A DNA stretch of 46,184 nt from Hyphomicrobiales bacterium (GTDB lineage: Bacteria; Pseudomonadota; Gammaproteobacteria; Pseudomonadales; Pseudohongiellaceae). Below the pieces are notes generated by a model. The model saw nothing but the letters and a program-made list of their open reading frames with translations, made no database searches and was not told the origin of the DNA. The stretch is from the NCBI GenBank assembly GCA_035555995.1, contig DATMFX010000168.1, positions 1 through 46,184 on the forward strand, read 5' to 3'. Below, piece after piece: positions 35,516 to 45,828 of this stretch; positions within the stretch are counted from its first letter, which is position 1, and the number at the start of each line of letters is the position of its first letter. The position numbers and the translations under genes are program-made.

Positions 35516-36470
35516 CCCGGCGCCTCCTCAGCTGGAATTTGCGCGGCACCCCTACCTGAATGGTCGTTCCCTTTCCTTCGTTGGAACTGATCTGCAGCGT
35601 GCCGCGCAGCAGCAGCACCCGGTCGCGCAACCCGCTCATCCCCATGCCGGTGCGCACCCGCTGGGGCGTGAAGCCCACGCCGTCGTCGGCGATGGTCAAG
35701 GTAACCACTTCCTGGCCGCTGAGCGTAATCGTCACCTGTTCCGCCTGGGCGTGCTTGGCCACGTTGGTGAGCGTTTCCTGCACGATGCGGTACAGGTTGA
35801 TCTGCTGCGGTTCCGCCAGGTCGGAAAAATCGCCGTCCACCTTCAGCCGGCAGAACGTATCTTCGTGGAAGATGTTCCAGTCGTCCACCATCTGCTGCAG
35901 AGCAAGCACCAGGCCCAGTTCGTCCAGCACCTGCGGGCGCAGCTCGGCCATCATATCGCGCACGCTGGAATAGGCGGTATCGGAGATGCGTTCGATGCTC
36001 AGCGCGCTTTCCGCCACCGCCGGATCGCTTTTGTCGGTGCGCATGGCAATCGACACCGCGGTGGCCTTGATGGCGCTCACCGCCTGCCCGAGGCTGTCGT
36101 GCAGTTCCTGCGCCAGGCGCCGGCGGTCCTGTTCCTGGATGGTCAGCGCCTGCTGCGCCAGGCGTTCGTTTTCGGAGCGGCTGGCACCGAGCACGGCGGC
36201 CAGCTCGTTGATGCGCTCGGCCACCTCGCGCAGCTCCGGCAGCGTCATGTCCGGCACCCGGCGGCCGTAGTCGCCGCGCACCATCTCCGCCAGGCTGTCG
36301 GCCATCAGTGCCAGCGGGCGTAGCCAGTAGCCCAGCGCCAGATAGACCACCACGCTGAACAACAACAGCAAAAACAGACTGCTCACCAGTTCGGTACGGG
36401 TGAGCAATAGCACGGCGCCGACCAGGTACATCAGCAGCACCAGCCCGGTCAGCCGCAGGCGCAGGCTCAC
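35505..36470 (-). CDS. HisKA_3-type sensor kinase with two closely spaced TM helices (no periplasmic domain) and a HAMP linker
   Basis: I chose the GTG at 36470 because it overlaps the upstream gene's TGA (GTGA) and immediately precedes TM1 (VSLRLRLTGLVLLMYLVGAVLLL-TRTE-LVSSLFLLLLFSVVVYLALGYW). The H box is LAQELHDSLGQ. HATPase is present (TIADDGVGF, GMGMSGLRDR). The start is uncertain. Confidence 0.8.
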   Translation of the reverse strand: MSLRLRLTGLVLLMYLVGAVLLLTRTELVSSLFLLLLFSVVVYLALGYWLRPLALMADSLAEMVRGDYGRRVPDMTLPELREVAERINELAAVLGASRSENERLAQQALTIQEQDRRRLAQELHDSLGQAVSAIKATAVSIAMRTDKSDPAVAESALSIERISDTAYSSVRDMMAELRPQVLDELGLVLALQQMVDDWNIFHEDTFCRLKVDGDFSDLAEPQQINLYRIVQETLTNVAKHAQAEQVTITLSGQEVVTLTIADDGVGFTPQRVRTGMGMSGLRDRVLLLRGTLQISSNEGKGTTIQVGVPRKFQLRRRRDDK

Positions 36471-37354
36471 AAACGGGCCCGCTCCACGATGCCCATGATC
36501 CGATACAACAGCTGCGCCGCCGCGTGATCGTAGGCCGGCTGCTGCGGCTGCGGGCAGAATTCGGTGAAATCCAGGCCGATGATATCGGCCTGCTGCGCGA
36601 TGGACTCGATGATGGACAGCACCTGCCACCAGCCCAGCCCGCCGGGAACACCGGTCGTGGAAGGAAACACCGACGGGTCGAAACCGTCGATGTCGAGGCT
36701 CAGGTACACTTTTTCCGGAAACTCGCTCGGCAGCTCCACCTTGGTGATGTTGCGCGCCACCAGGAAATCGGCATCGTAGTATTTGACGCCATACACGCGG
36801 CGCGCGTCGGATTCCTCCTTGGACAGGCTGCGCACGCCAAGCTGGAACAGGGGCACGTCTTCGTCGACGATGCGCTTCATCACGCAGGCTTCGCTCCAGG
36901 CGTCGCCGTTGTCGTCGTCGCGCAAATCGGCCTGCGCGTCGATCTGGATCACGCCGAAATCCTCGACGCCGGCATCGAGCAGCCCTTTCACCATGGCATA
37001 GCTGATGGTGCCGTCGCCGCCGAGGCCGATCGGAAATTTCTCGTCCTTGACCACCGTGGCCACCACCGTGCTGATTTTCTCCAGCACTTTCTCGGTATTG
37101 CCCTTGCAGTCGATGGCGCCGTGGGTGTGGATGCCGTGGCGGGACGGATTGCTGCGGCCATCCCAGGTTTCGAGCTGTTGCGAGGCCGCCAGGATGGCAT
37201 CGGGCGCGCTTGCCATGGCGGAAGTCTTGTAGCGTTCACCCGTATAGGGAACGGGCAGGATGTGAAAGAAGGCATCGGCCGGCTTGGCGGGTTTTACCGC
37301 TTCACCGAGAAAGTGCTGAGCTGCTGCGGCAGCTTTTGGTTTTGCGCTGGGCAT
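36467..37354 (-). CDS. arginase/agmatinase-fold protein with non-canonical active-site residues
   Basis: 295 aa and collinear with ureohydrolases. GLGGDGTISYAMVKG aligns with GGDHS, IQIDAQAD with DAHxD, WSEACVMKR with SHA..RR, and VYLSLDIDGFDP with SxDxDxxDP. It lies in an operon with speA and carboxy(nor)spermidine enzymes. Confidence 0.8.
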   Translation of the reverse strand: MPSAKPKAAAAAQHFLGEAVKPAKPADAFFHILPVPYTGERYKTSAMASAPDAILAASQQLETWDGRSNPSRHGIHTHGAIDCKGNTEKVLEKISTVVATVVKDEKFPIGLGGDGTISYAMVKGLLDAGVEDFGVIQIDAQADLRDDDNGDAWSEACVMKRIVDEDVPLFQLGVRSLSKEESDARRVYGVKYYDADFLVARNITKVELPSEFPEKVYLSLDIDGFDPSVFPSTTGVPGGLGWWQVLSIIESIAQQADIIGLDFTEFCPQPQQPAYDHAAAQLLYRIMGIVERARL

Positions 37355-37444
37355 TAACGGGATTTCCTCTCAATCCTGGCAGCGGAGGCTGCCGGCAACT
37401 AACAAGATCCGGACGGGTATCCGCCCCGTGACGCGCCTGCGTCA

Positions 37445-38627
37445 TCAGGACAGACGATTGCGGAAGTCTTGATACCCGAATTCACGGACGATTCGCAAGT
37501 CGTTCGTCTCGGAATTCCAGATTGCGAGCGTTGGCAGGCGCACGCCGTTGAAAGTTGTGGTCTTGACCATGGTGTAATGCGCCATGTCGTCGAACAGCAA
37601 ACGCTGCCCCACCCGCAGTGGTTCGGCAAAACTGTAGTCGCCCATCACGTCGCCGGCCAGGCAGCTCAGCCCGCCCAGGCGGTAGGTATGCGGCAGCACG
37701 CCGGGTTCGGCCGAATCCCTGATGTAGGCCCGGTAGGGCATTTCCAGCGTGTCGGGCATGTGGCAGGTGGCGGAACTGTCCAGTACGGCAATCGGCGCGC
37801 CGTTTTCCATCACGTCCAGCACCTCGCTCACCAGCACGCCGCTGCGGATGGCGATGGCTTCACCCGGTTCGAGATACACCTGCACGCCGTAGTGCTCGCT
37901 GAACGCGCGGATCCTGGCGATCAGACCGTCCACATCGTACTCGGGATGGCTGATATGGTGCCCGCCGCCGAAATTGACCCACTGCATCCGCTCCAGCAGA
38001 TCGGCGCACTGCGCCTCCACCGCGTCGAGCGTGCGCGCCAGCGGCGCGAAATTCTGCTCGCACAGCGTATGGAAATGCAGCCCGGAAAAACCCGACAGAT
38101 CCTGGCCCGCCAACTGGTTCACCGGCGTGCCGAGACGCGAACCCGGCGCGCAGGGGTCGTACAGCGGTACCGCGCCTTCGGAATGCAGCGGGTTGATACG
38201 CAGCCCGAACTGCAGGTGCGGCCGCGCCTCGCGCGCCTGTGCAACGAGCGGCTGGAAGTGCCGCCACTGGCTCAGCGTGTTGAACACCACGTGATCGGCG
38301 ATGCCGAGCACGTCGCGCAGATCGCTTTCGGTGAAGGCCGCCGAATAGACATGCACCTCGCCGCCGAATTCCTCGTGCCCGAGCTGCGCTTCCCACAGCC
38401 CGCTGGCGCAGGTGCCGCGCAGGTAGCGCCGGATGAGCGGCGCCAGCGCGAACATGGAAAAGGCCTTGAGCGCCAGCAGGACTTTTGCGCCGGATTCACG
38501 CTGCACGCGCTCGAGCACGCGCAGGTTGCGCTCCACGGCCACCTCGTCCACCACGAAGCAGGGCGAGGGCACCCGGGAGGGATCGAACTGCGCGAAGGTA
38601 TCGGCCGCGAGAGGCCGCGTTTGCGCG

Positions 38628-38635
<8 letters not shown>
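37445..38635 (-). CDS. nspC: carboxynorspermidine/carboxyspermidine decarboxylase homologue
   Basis: 396 aa. It has the alanine-racemase-fold PLP decarboxylase pattern (PCFVVDE...KVLLALKAF...GLHFH...NFGGGH...CLAGD) characteristic of NspC. Its TTG start overlaps the upstream stop (TTGTCTGA). Confidence 0.85.
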
Positions 38636-39836
<1,201 letters not shown>

Positions 39837-39888
39837 GTCTGCCTACCTCGTTTGTCGATCCGGTGCGCCGTTGCCGGCGCCGGCACGA

Positions 39889-41796
39889 TCAATCCTCTTT
39901 TTCGTAGTACGTGTATCCGTTCAGGCTTTCGTTGAACAGCTTGATGATCTGCTGCCGTTCACGCGCGGTGATGCGGCCCTCGCGCACGGCGCGTTCGGCG
40001 GTGTTGCGGTGGCGCAGCTGCATTTCCTTGGGATGGAATTCCACGTAGGACAGCACGTCGCTGATGGCGTCGCCGTGCATCTCCTTGACGAAATCGAAGC
40101 CGCCGTCGCGGTTGATGCGCACGCTCACCACGTTGGTGTCGCCGAACAGGTTGTGCAGATCGCCCAGCGTTTCCTGGTAGGCGCCCACCAGGAACACGCC
40201 GAGATAGTATTCCTCGCCTTCCTTCATTGCGTGCAGCGGCAGCACCTTGACCACTTCCTCCACGCCCACGAAGCTGTCGATCTTGCCGTCGCAGTCGCAG
40301 GTAATGTCGGCGATCACCGCGCTGCGGCGCGGTTCTTCGTTCAACCGGTGCAAAGGTGCCACCGGAAACAGCTGGTCGATGGCCCAGGTGTCGGGCAGCG
40401 ACTGGAACAGGCTGAAATTGCCGTAGTAGATGTCCGCGAGCGATACCTTGAGGCCTTCCAGATCGGACGGCACGCGGGCCATGTTGTCGGTGATGTCGGC
40501 GATCTTGTGCAAGAGATCGAGGAACATGTTTTCCACCGCGCTGCGGGTGCGCAGGTCGAGCTGGCCGCGCTTGAACAGCTCGCGCGCCTCGTTGCGGTAG
40601 AAATGCGCATCGTTGTAGCACTCCTGCACGCGGCTTTCGCTGAGGTTGCCGTAAACGTCGCGCATGCGCGCAAGCAGGGGGTCTTCGTCCTCGTGCGCTT
40701 CCGGCAGGCGGGCGGGCTCGAACGTGGTGGTGTCGAGCACATTGAAGATCAGTATCGAGGAATAGGCGATGGTGGCGCGGCCCGATTCGGTAACGATCAC
40801 CGGATGCTCGATTTCGTAATCGTCGAAGGTGTTCTTGAGCGTATCGACGATGTCCTCGCAATATTCGCTCAGGGAATAGTTGCGGCTCTGCCCGAAATTC
40901 GAGCCCCAGCCGGTGTAGTCCACCGCCAGGCCGCCGCCAAGGTCGATGTATTTGAGATTGGCGCCTTCCTTCACCAGGTCGGCGTAGAAGCGGCACACTT
41001 CGACGATGCCGCTGCGGATGTCCTGAATGTTGGGAATCTGCGAGCCGAGATGGCAGTGCAGCAGCTGCAGGCAATGCAGCATGCCTTCTTCCTTGAGCAG
41101 GTCCACCAGGTCCACCAGCTGGGTGGCGGTAAGCCCGAACACGCTGCGGTCGCCGGAGGTGGAGTTCCAGTGGCCGCTGACGTTGACCGTGGTCTTGATG
41201 CGCACGCCGATGATCGGCTCGATGCCGAGCGCGCGGCTGCGTTCGAGGATGATCGGAATCTCGGTGGGGGTTTCCACCACGAACACGTAGATGAACCCCA
41301 GCTTGATGGCGGAAAGCCCAAGCTCGATGAATTCCTGGTCCTTGTAGCCGTTGCAGATGATCAGGCTGCCCGGCTCCTCCAGCGTGGACAGCGCGATCAT
41401 CATCTCGGCCTTGCTGCCCACTTCGAAGCCGTGCTTGTAGCGGGCGCCGAACGCGGCGATTTCCTCCACCACCTGCGCCTGCTGGTTGACCTTGATCGGA
41501 TAGACGCCGCGATACCCGTTCTGGTAGCCGAGCGTTTCGATGGCGTTGCCAAAGGCGGTGTTGAGGCGGTGAATCTGCGCGTCGAGAATGTTTTCAATGC
41601 GCAGCAGCACGGGCATGCGCAGATCGCGCTCGAGCATGCCGTTGATGATGTCCAGCAGCTCTACCTGGGCGTTGAGGGTGCGGGCGGTGACGTTGCCGGA
41701 CTTGGACACGCCGAAATAATCGTTACCCCAGCGTTCGAATCCGTACAGCTCGTTGGATTGCTCGATGGTCCATTCGGCCTGCTCGATGGCGTTCAA
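39889..41796 (-). CDS. speA: biosynthetic arginine decarboxylase
   Basis: The track ORF opens at TTG 41877 with no Shine-Dalgarno. The in-frame TTG at 41796 has GGAGGA (41811-41806) 9 nt upstream and gives MNAIEQAEWTIEQSNELYGFERWGNDYFGV, the usual SpeA N-terminus. The length (635 aa) and PLP-fold motifs fit. Confidence 0.9.
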   Translation of the reverse strand: MNAIEQAEWTIEQSNELYGFERWGNDYFGVSKSGNVTARTLNAQVELLDIINGMLERDLRMPVLLRIENILDAQIHRLNTAFGNAIETLGYQNGYRGVYPIKVNQQAQVVEEIAAFGARYKHGFEVGSKAEMMIALSTLEEPGSLIICNGYKDQEFIELGLSAIKLGFIYVFVVETPTEIPIILERSRALGIEPIIGVRIKTTVNVSGHWNSTSGDRSVFGLTATQLVDLVDLLKEEGMLHCLQLLHCHLGSQIPNIQDIRSGIVEVCRFYADLVKEGANLKYIDLGGGLAVDYTGWGSNFGQSRNYSLSEYCEDIVDTLKNTFDDYEIEHPVIVTESGRATIAYSSILIFNVLDTTTFEPARLPEAHEDEDPLLARMRDVYGNLSESRVQECYNDAHFYRNEARELFKRGQLDLRTRSAVENMFLDLLHKIADITDNMARVPSDLEGLKVSLADIYYGNFSLFQSLPDTWAIDQLFPVAPLHRLNEEPRRSAVIADITCDCDGKIDSFVGVEEVVKVLPLHAMKEGEEYYLGVFLVGAYQETLGDLHNLFGDTNVVSVRINRDGGFDFVKEMHGDAISDVLSYVEFHPKEMQLRHRNTAERAVREGRITARERQQIIKLFNESLNGYTYYEKED

Positions 41797-41961
41797 TGCT
41801 CGATGTCCTCCGCGATCAAACGTGGAATCAAAGAATACTTGCGCGGGGAAGCCGGGCGCAAATACCCCCCAGTTCAAGGAGGCGCGATTGTACCGACTTC
41901 GGTCCTCAAATCTACTGAATTTGTATGAAAATCGAGTAAGGAAAGGCTTGGGTGGGCAAGG

Positions 41962-43602
41962 CTAGCTCAGCGGTCGACCGCGCGTTTCCGGAATCAGGAA
42001 CAGCAGCACCGCCACACCCAGCACCGTGGCCACCAGCGGATACCACAGTCCGAAATAAGGATTGCCGTTGGCCGCGGCCATGGCGAAGGCGATGGCGGGC
42101 AGAAAGCCGCCGAACCAGCCCGAGCCGATGTGAAACGGCAGCGACAGGCCGGTATAGCGGATGCGGGTGGGAATCAACTCGAACGCCATCAGCGGCCCAA
42201 GCGCGTACACCATGGTGGCGGGCAGCACCAACAGCAGCAACAGCACCGTGACCAGCAGCAGGTTGGCCCGGGCCGGATCGGGCGCAAGCACGTAACCTTC
42301 CTTGGTCAGGAGCGCGCTCAGCCGCTCCTGGAAATCGCGCTGCGCCACGGCCAGCCCCACCGGCCCGAGCGCGCGCCCGTCCACGCTCTGGATCGTGGAC
42401 GTGCCCACCTGCACCACGGCCAGGGTGCCGGGCGAGCCCTCGGCATTGCGGTAGCTGACGCCCATGAGGGTCAGCGCGCTCTTGGCGATGTCGCAGGAGC
42501 TGGCGAACGCGGCCTGCTCCACCGGATCGAACTGCCAGGAACATTCCTGCGAATCGCTGGTGACCAGCACCGGCGCCGTGATCGAGGCGGTGGCAAGCGC
42601 CGGGTTGACCGCATGGCCAAGCCCCTGGAACACCGGCACCATCAGGATCATCGACAGTGCCGCGCCGGTCAGCAGCAGCGGTTTGCGCCCGACACTGTCC
42701 GACCACCAGCTCCACAGCATGTAGAACGGCAGGCTGATCAGCGTCACCACCAGCATGATGAAGGTCATGGTGGCCTGCGGCAGCTGCAGGATGCGGATCA
42801 GGAAGAATTGCGCGTAGAACACCGCGGTGTAGAAAATCACGCCCTGCGGCACCATCAAGCCCAGCAGGATCACCAGCATCAGCCTGAGATTGCGCCAATC
42901 GCCGAAAATCTCGCCCACCGGCCGCCGCGCCGTGCGCTGCATGGCATCCATCCGGCGGAATGCCGGGGTTTCCTCCAGATGCAGCCGGTAACGCAGCGAC
43001 ACCGCCATCAGCACGATGGAAAACAGGAACGGCAGGCGCCAGCCCCACTGATCGAACGCCGCTTCGCCCAGGCTCCTGCGCACCAGGTACACCACCAGAA
43101 ACGACAGGAACAGGCCGGCGCCGCCCGCCACCTGCAGCCAGCCACAATACAGCCCGCGCTGCCCGGCGGGCGCATGTTCGCCGGCATAGACCACCGCGCC
43201 ACCGTATTCGCCACCGAATGCCAGCCCCTGCAGCAATCGCAGGGCGATCAGCAACGCCGGCGCCAGCAAGCCCACCGATTCATAGGACGGCAACAGGCCA
43301 ATGCTGAACGTGGCCAACCCCATCAGCGTGATCGTCATCAAAAAGGCGCGCTTGCGCCCCTTGCGGTCGCCAAGCGACCCGAACACCAGCGCGCCGAGCG
43401 GGCGCACCAGATAGCCGGCGGCAAAGGTCAGCAGGGTAAAGACGAACGCGGCCGTTTCATTGAGCGCCGAGAAGAAATGCCGGGAAAACAGTGGCGCCAA
43501 CGATCCATAAAGGATGAAGTTATAGGCTTCGAACGTCGTGCCCATCGCGGTGGTGAACACGATACGATCCAGCCTGTGTGCTGATTCGGGCGTGGCATTC
43601 AT
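41962..43602 (-). CDS. MFS transporter, metabolite:H+ symporter-like, with a ~118-aa loop inserted between TM9 and TM10
   Basis: From the ATG at 43602 (546 aa). GSLGDRKGRKRAF (the TM2-3 motif) and SDSVGRKP (the TM8-9 motif) are present. I counted 12 hydrophobic segments by eye, with a hydrophilic Cys-containing segment at residues 329-446. Confidence 0.85.
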   Translation of the reverse strand: MNATPESAHRLDRIVFTTAMGTTFEAYNFILYGSLAPLFSRHFFSALNETAAFVFTLLTFAAGYLVRPLGALVFGSLGDRKGRKRAFLMTITLMGLATFSIGLLPSYESVGLLAPALLIALRLLQGLAFGGEYGGAVVYAGEHAPAGQRGLYCGWLQVAGGAGLFLSFLVVYLVRRSLGEAAFDQWGWRLPFLFSIVLMAVSLRYRLHLEETPAFRRMDAMQRTARRPVGEIFGDWRNLRLMLVILLGLMVPQGVIFYTAVFYAQFFLIRILQLPQATMTFIMLVVTLISLPFYMLWSWWSDSVGRKPLLLTGAALSMILMVPVFQGLGHAVNPALATASITAPVLVTSDSQECSWQFDPVEQAAFASSCDIAKSALTLMGVSYRNAEGSPGTLAVVQVGTSTIQSVDGRALGPVGLAVAQRDFQERLSALLTKEGYVLAPDPARANLLLVTVLLLLLVLPATMVYALGPLMAFELIPTRIRYTGLSLPFHIGSGWFGGFLPAIAFAMAAANGNPYFGLWYPLVATVLGVAVLLFLIPETRGRPLS

Positions 43603-43763
43603 AGGGGAAATCGGCCGGCCAGGCCGGTGGCGTCCGGCCTTGATTTTTGGCCGATATGCGTAAAAGGGCACCATTGTGCCAGCCAAATAGGGAAAAAGTG
43701 TTGAAGGTACCCGCAGCCTGATAGGCTAGGGCCTCCCAATATTCAGGCAAGGAGGAATTTCCC

Positions 43764-44189
43764 ATGTCGGTAGACGTGAAATACACCACCCGGGCCACGG
43801 CGGTGGGTGGCCGCGACGGCAGCGCGAAATCGGAAGACGGCAGCGTGGACGTGAAGCTGGTGGTGCCCAAGGAACTCGGCGGCCCAGGCGGCCCCGGCGC
43901 CAACCCCGAACAACTGTTTGCCAGCGGCTATGCCGCCTGCTTCCTTGGCGCCATGAAGGTGGCCGCCGGGCAGGAGAAGGTGCAGGTGCCGTCGGAGGCC
44001 AGCGTGACCGCCACCGTGGGCATCGGCCCCCGCTCGGAAGGCGGTTTCGGCATCACCGCCGCGCTCAGCATCAAACTGCCGGGAGTACCCAAGGCGGACG
44101 CCGAGCGCCTGGTGCAGGCGGCGCATCAGATCTGCCCGTATTCCAACGCCACCCGCGGCAACGTGGACGTGGGCTTGAAGGTGGAATGA
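43764..44189 (+). CDS. ohr: organic hydroperoxide resistance protein (OsmC/Ohr family)
   Basis: 141 aa. NPEQLFASGYAACF and ICPYSNATRGN contain the two catalytic Cys of Ohr. An AAGGAGG Shine-Dalgarno is present. Confidence 0.9.
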   Translation: MSVDVKYTTRATAVGGRDGSAKSEDGSVDVKLVVPKELGGPGGPGANPEQLFASGYAACFLGAMKVAAGQEKVQVPSEASVTATVGIGPRSEGGFGITAALSIKLPGVPKADAERLVQAAHQICPYSNATRGNVDVGLKVE

Positions 44190-44217
44190 CGCAGGATTTG
44201 CGGCTGCTTGGTATCGG

Positions 44218-45477
44218 CTATCTGCCGAACAGGCGGTCGAGGCTGGCGGCGATGCCGAACATCACGTTCTGCTGGTTGAAACTGATCCGGCCGGCGGTTT
44301 CGCGGCGGTCGTGTCCAAACGCCACGAACATGTCCACCCAGGTGGAATAGGCGTAGTCGAGGCGCAGCTTGATCCCCTGCCCCTCGTTTGCGCGCTGGGT
44401 GCTGGCGTTGACGTTGCGCGAGAAGGATCCTGCCAATGTGGTTTTCAGCTGGCTCGCCCAGCGTTGTTCCCAGTTGTAGCGGTAGCTGCTGATGCTGTCC
44501 TGGCGGTCGAGGCCGAAGCGCTCGCGCAAGCTGCGGTCGGCCGCGAACGTCAGCGTGGCGCTTTGCAGCGGTTGCCAGCGCAGGTTGGTTTCCCAGGCGG
44601 TGGTGTCGGCGATCGTCTGCGGCGCGCCGTTGTCCGTCTGTTTATAGCCCGACGCCAGGCGCAGCTTGCCGGTGCCGGCAATCGTCGGCTCCCAGGAAGC
44701 GCCCACGTAGGTGAAGACTTCGCGGCGGTCGATGGCGGTGCCCGCATTGCCGTCCGTGCTCTCCCCCAGATAATCGATGTCGCGCGCGCGGTACTGCAGT
44801 TGCAGATCCGCGCCCGGCAGCACGCGAAAACGGAAACTGCCGCTGACATGGTTGTCTGCCTGATCCTTGGCACCGGGACGCGGCGCGGCCGCCAGATAAT
44901 CCTTCGCGAAGGTACCGGCGCCAAGCACCAGCTGCCCACGCCGGTTCCACAGGGATTGTTCGTAATCCACATCGAACGTGGTGGTGAGAAAACGCACCGG
45001 ATCGCGCTTGGCGTCCACCAGATTGGTGGTGCCGGCGCCCTCGTGCGTGTTGAAGTTTTCCGTGCGGAACTTGAGGCTGCGCTTTGGGCCAAGCTCGAAG
45101 CGCGCCACGTTTTCCAGCTTCCAGTCGACGTAGTCCGCGGTGCCGGCCGCGGAATAGATGCCGTTCTGCACCTCCATCGTCGAGGAAAACTGCCGCCGCT
45201 CGCCCACCACGACCGCCTTGATCCGGGGCCGGAACAGCAACAGCTCCGCGCTTTCCTCCTCGCCGTTCGGCAACAGCACGCTGCCGGTGGGCGTTACCTT
45301 GGTGTTGAAGTCGGGAATCACCTCGATGGCGCCGACGTGAAACTTCTCATACTCGATGGCATGGGCAAGGGGCGGCGCCATGCCGAGCGCGATTGCCGCA
45401 CTCAGCTGCAGGGCCCGCACGCGGCCCTGGAAATTGGACAGGCCGCTTGCGCTGCGCGCGGCCTTACTCTGTTGCAT
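44218..45477 (-). CDS. putative outer-membrane beta-barrel protein (function unknown)
   Basis: It has a signal peptide ending AHA-IE. Alternating hydrophobic/polar strands rich in aromatic and Gly residues run throughout. I recognise no specific family. Confidence 0.5.
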   Translation of the reverse strand: MQQSKAARSASGLSNFQGRVRALQLSAAIALGMAPPLAHAIEYEKFHVGAIEVIPDFNTKVTPTGSVLLPNGEEESAELLLFRPRIKAVVVGERRQFSSTMEVQNGIYSAAGTADYVDWKLENVARFELGPKRSLKFRTENFNTHEGAGTTNLVDAKRDPVRFLTTTFDVDYEQSLWNRRGQLVLGAGTFAKDYLAAAPRPGAKDQADNHVSGSFRFRVLPGADLQLQYRARDIDYLGESTDGNAGTAIDRREVFTYVGASWEPTIAGTGKLRLASGYKQTDNGAPQTIADTTAWETNLRWQPLQSATLTFAADRSLRERFGLDRQDSISSYRYNWEQRWASQLKTTLAGSFSRNVNASTQRANEGQGIKLRLDYAYSTWVDMFVAFGHDRRETAGRISFNQQNVMFGIAASLDRLFGR

Positions 45478-45828
45478 CGTCGCCCTCGATCATCGCCGCC
45501 GCGGCGAAATCGCGCCGATTTCACGGCCTTTGCGCGGCTGGCTTTGGTGTGATGCGAGAGGCTAAAGAGAAAATATGGTTTTTTTGGGGCGCAATCCTGA
45601 TGCCTGCGCGGCAAATGCGGTATTTCTGCGGCATTTCCCGCAATTACCTGACACCGAACGGGGAGTGCGCAGGCCAACCCGAGTTGGACCCCGCTTGCGG
45701 CAATTCGTGCCCACCGCCGCGCGAAATTAATCAGAAACTCCCGCAAATCTCCCATCCCCTTCACACACGATCCCTACACTGCCCGCCCGTCGAGGAGTCC
45801 CCTTTAGGCATTGATCGTGGAGAAGCGA

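Noticed and set aside
41806-41882. A possible anti-Shine-Dalgarno (CCUCC at 41882-41878, minus strand) sequestering the speA GGAGGA about 70 nt downstream, as a polyamine-responsive leader
   Set aside because: Only 5 contiguous base pairs can form, and the flanks do not extend the helix. This is too weak to claim.
43667-43681. A sigma54-like TGGCAC…TGC on the minus strand upstream of the MFS gene. On the plus strand it reads as the palindrome GGCAC-catt-GTGCC.
   Set aside because: The GG-to-GC spacing is 9 rather than 10 nt and the -12 element is GTGC, so it does not fit the sigma54 geometry. It is noted only as a small palindrome of unknown meaning.
45478-45828. A 350-bp leader upstream of the TonB-dependent receptor, inspected for a Fur box or a cobalamin/TPP riboswitch
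   Set aside because: I found no convincing GATAATGATAATCATTATC-like box (the best region, GAAATTAATCAGAAAC, is a poor match). The conserved B12-box and TPP core motifs were not seen either. Regulation is left unassigned.
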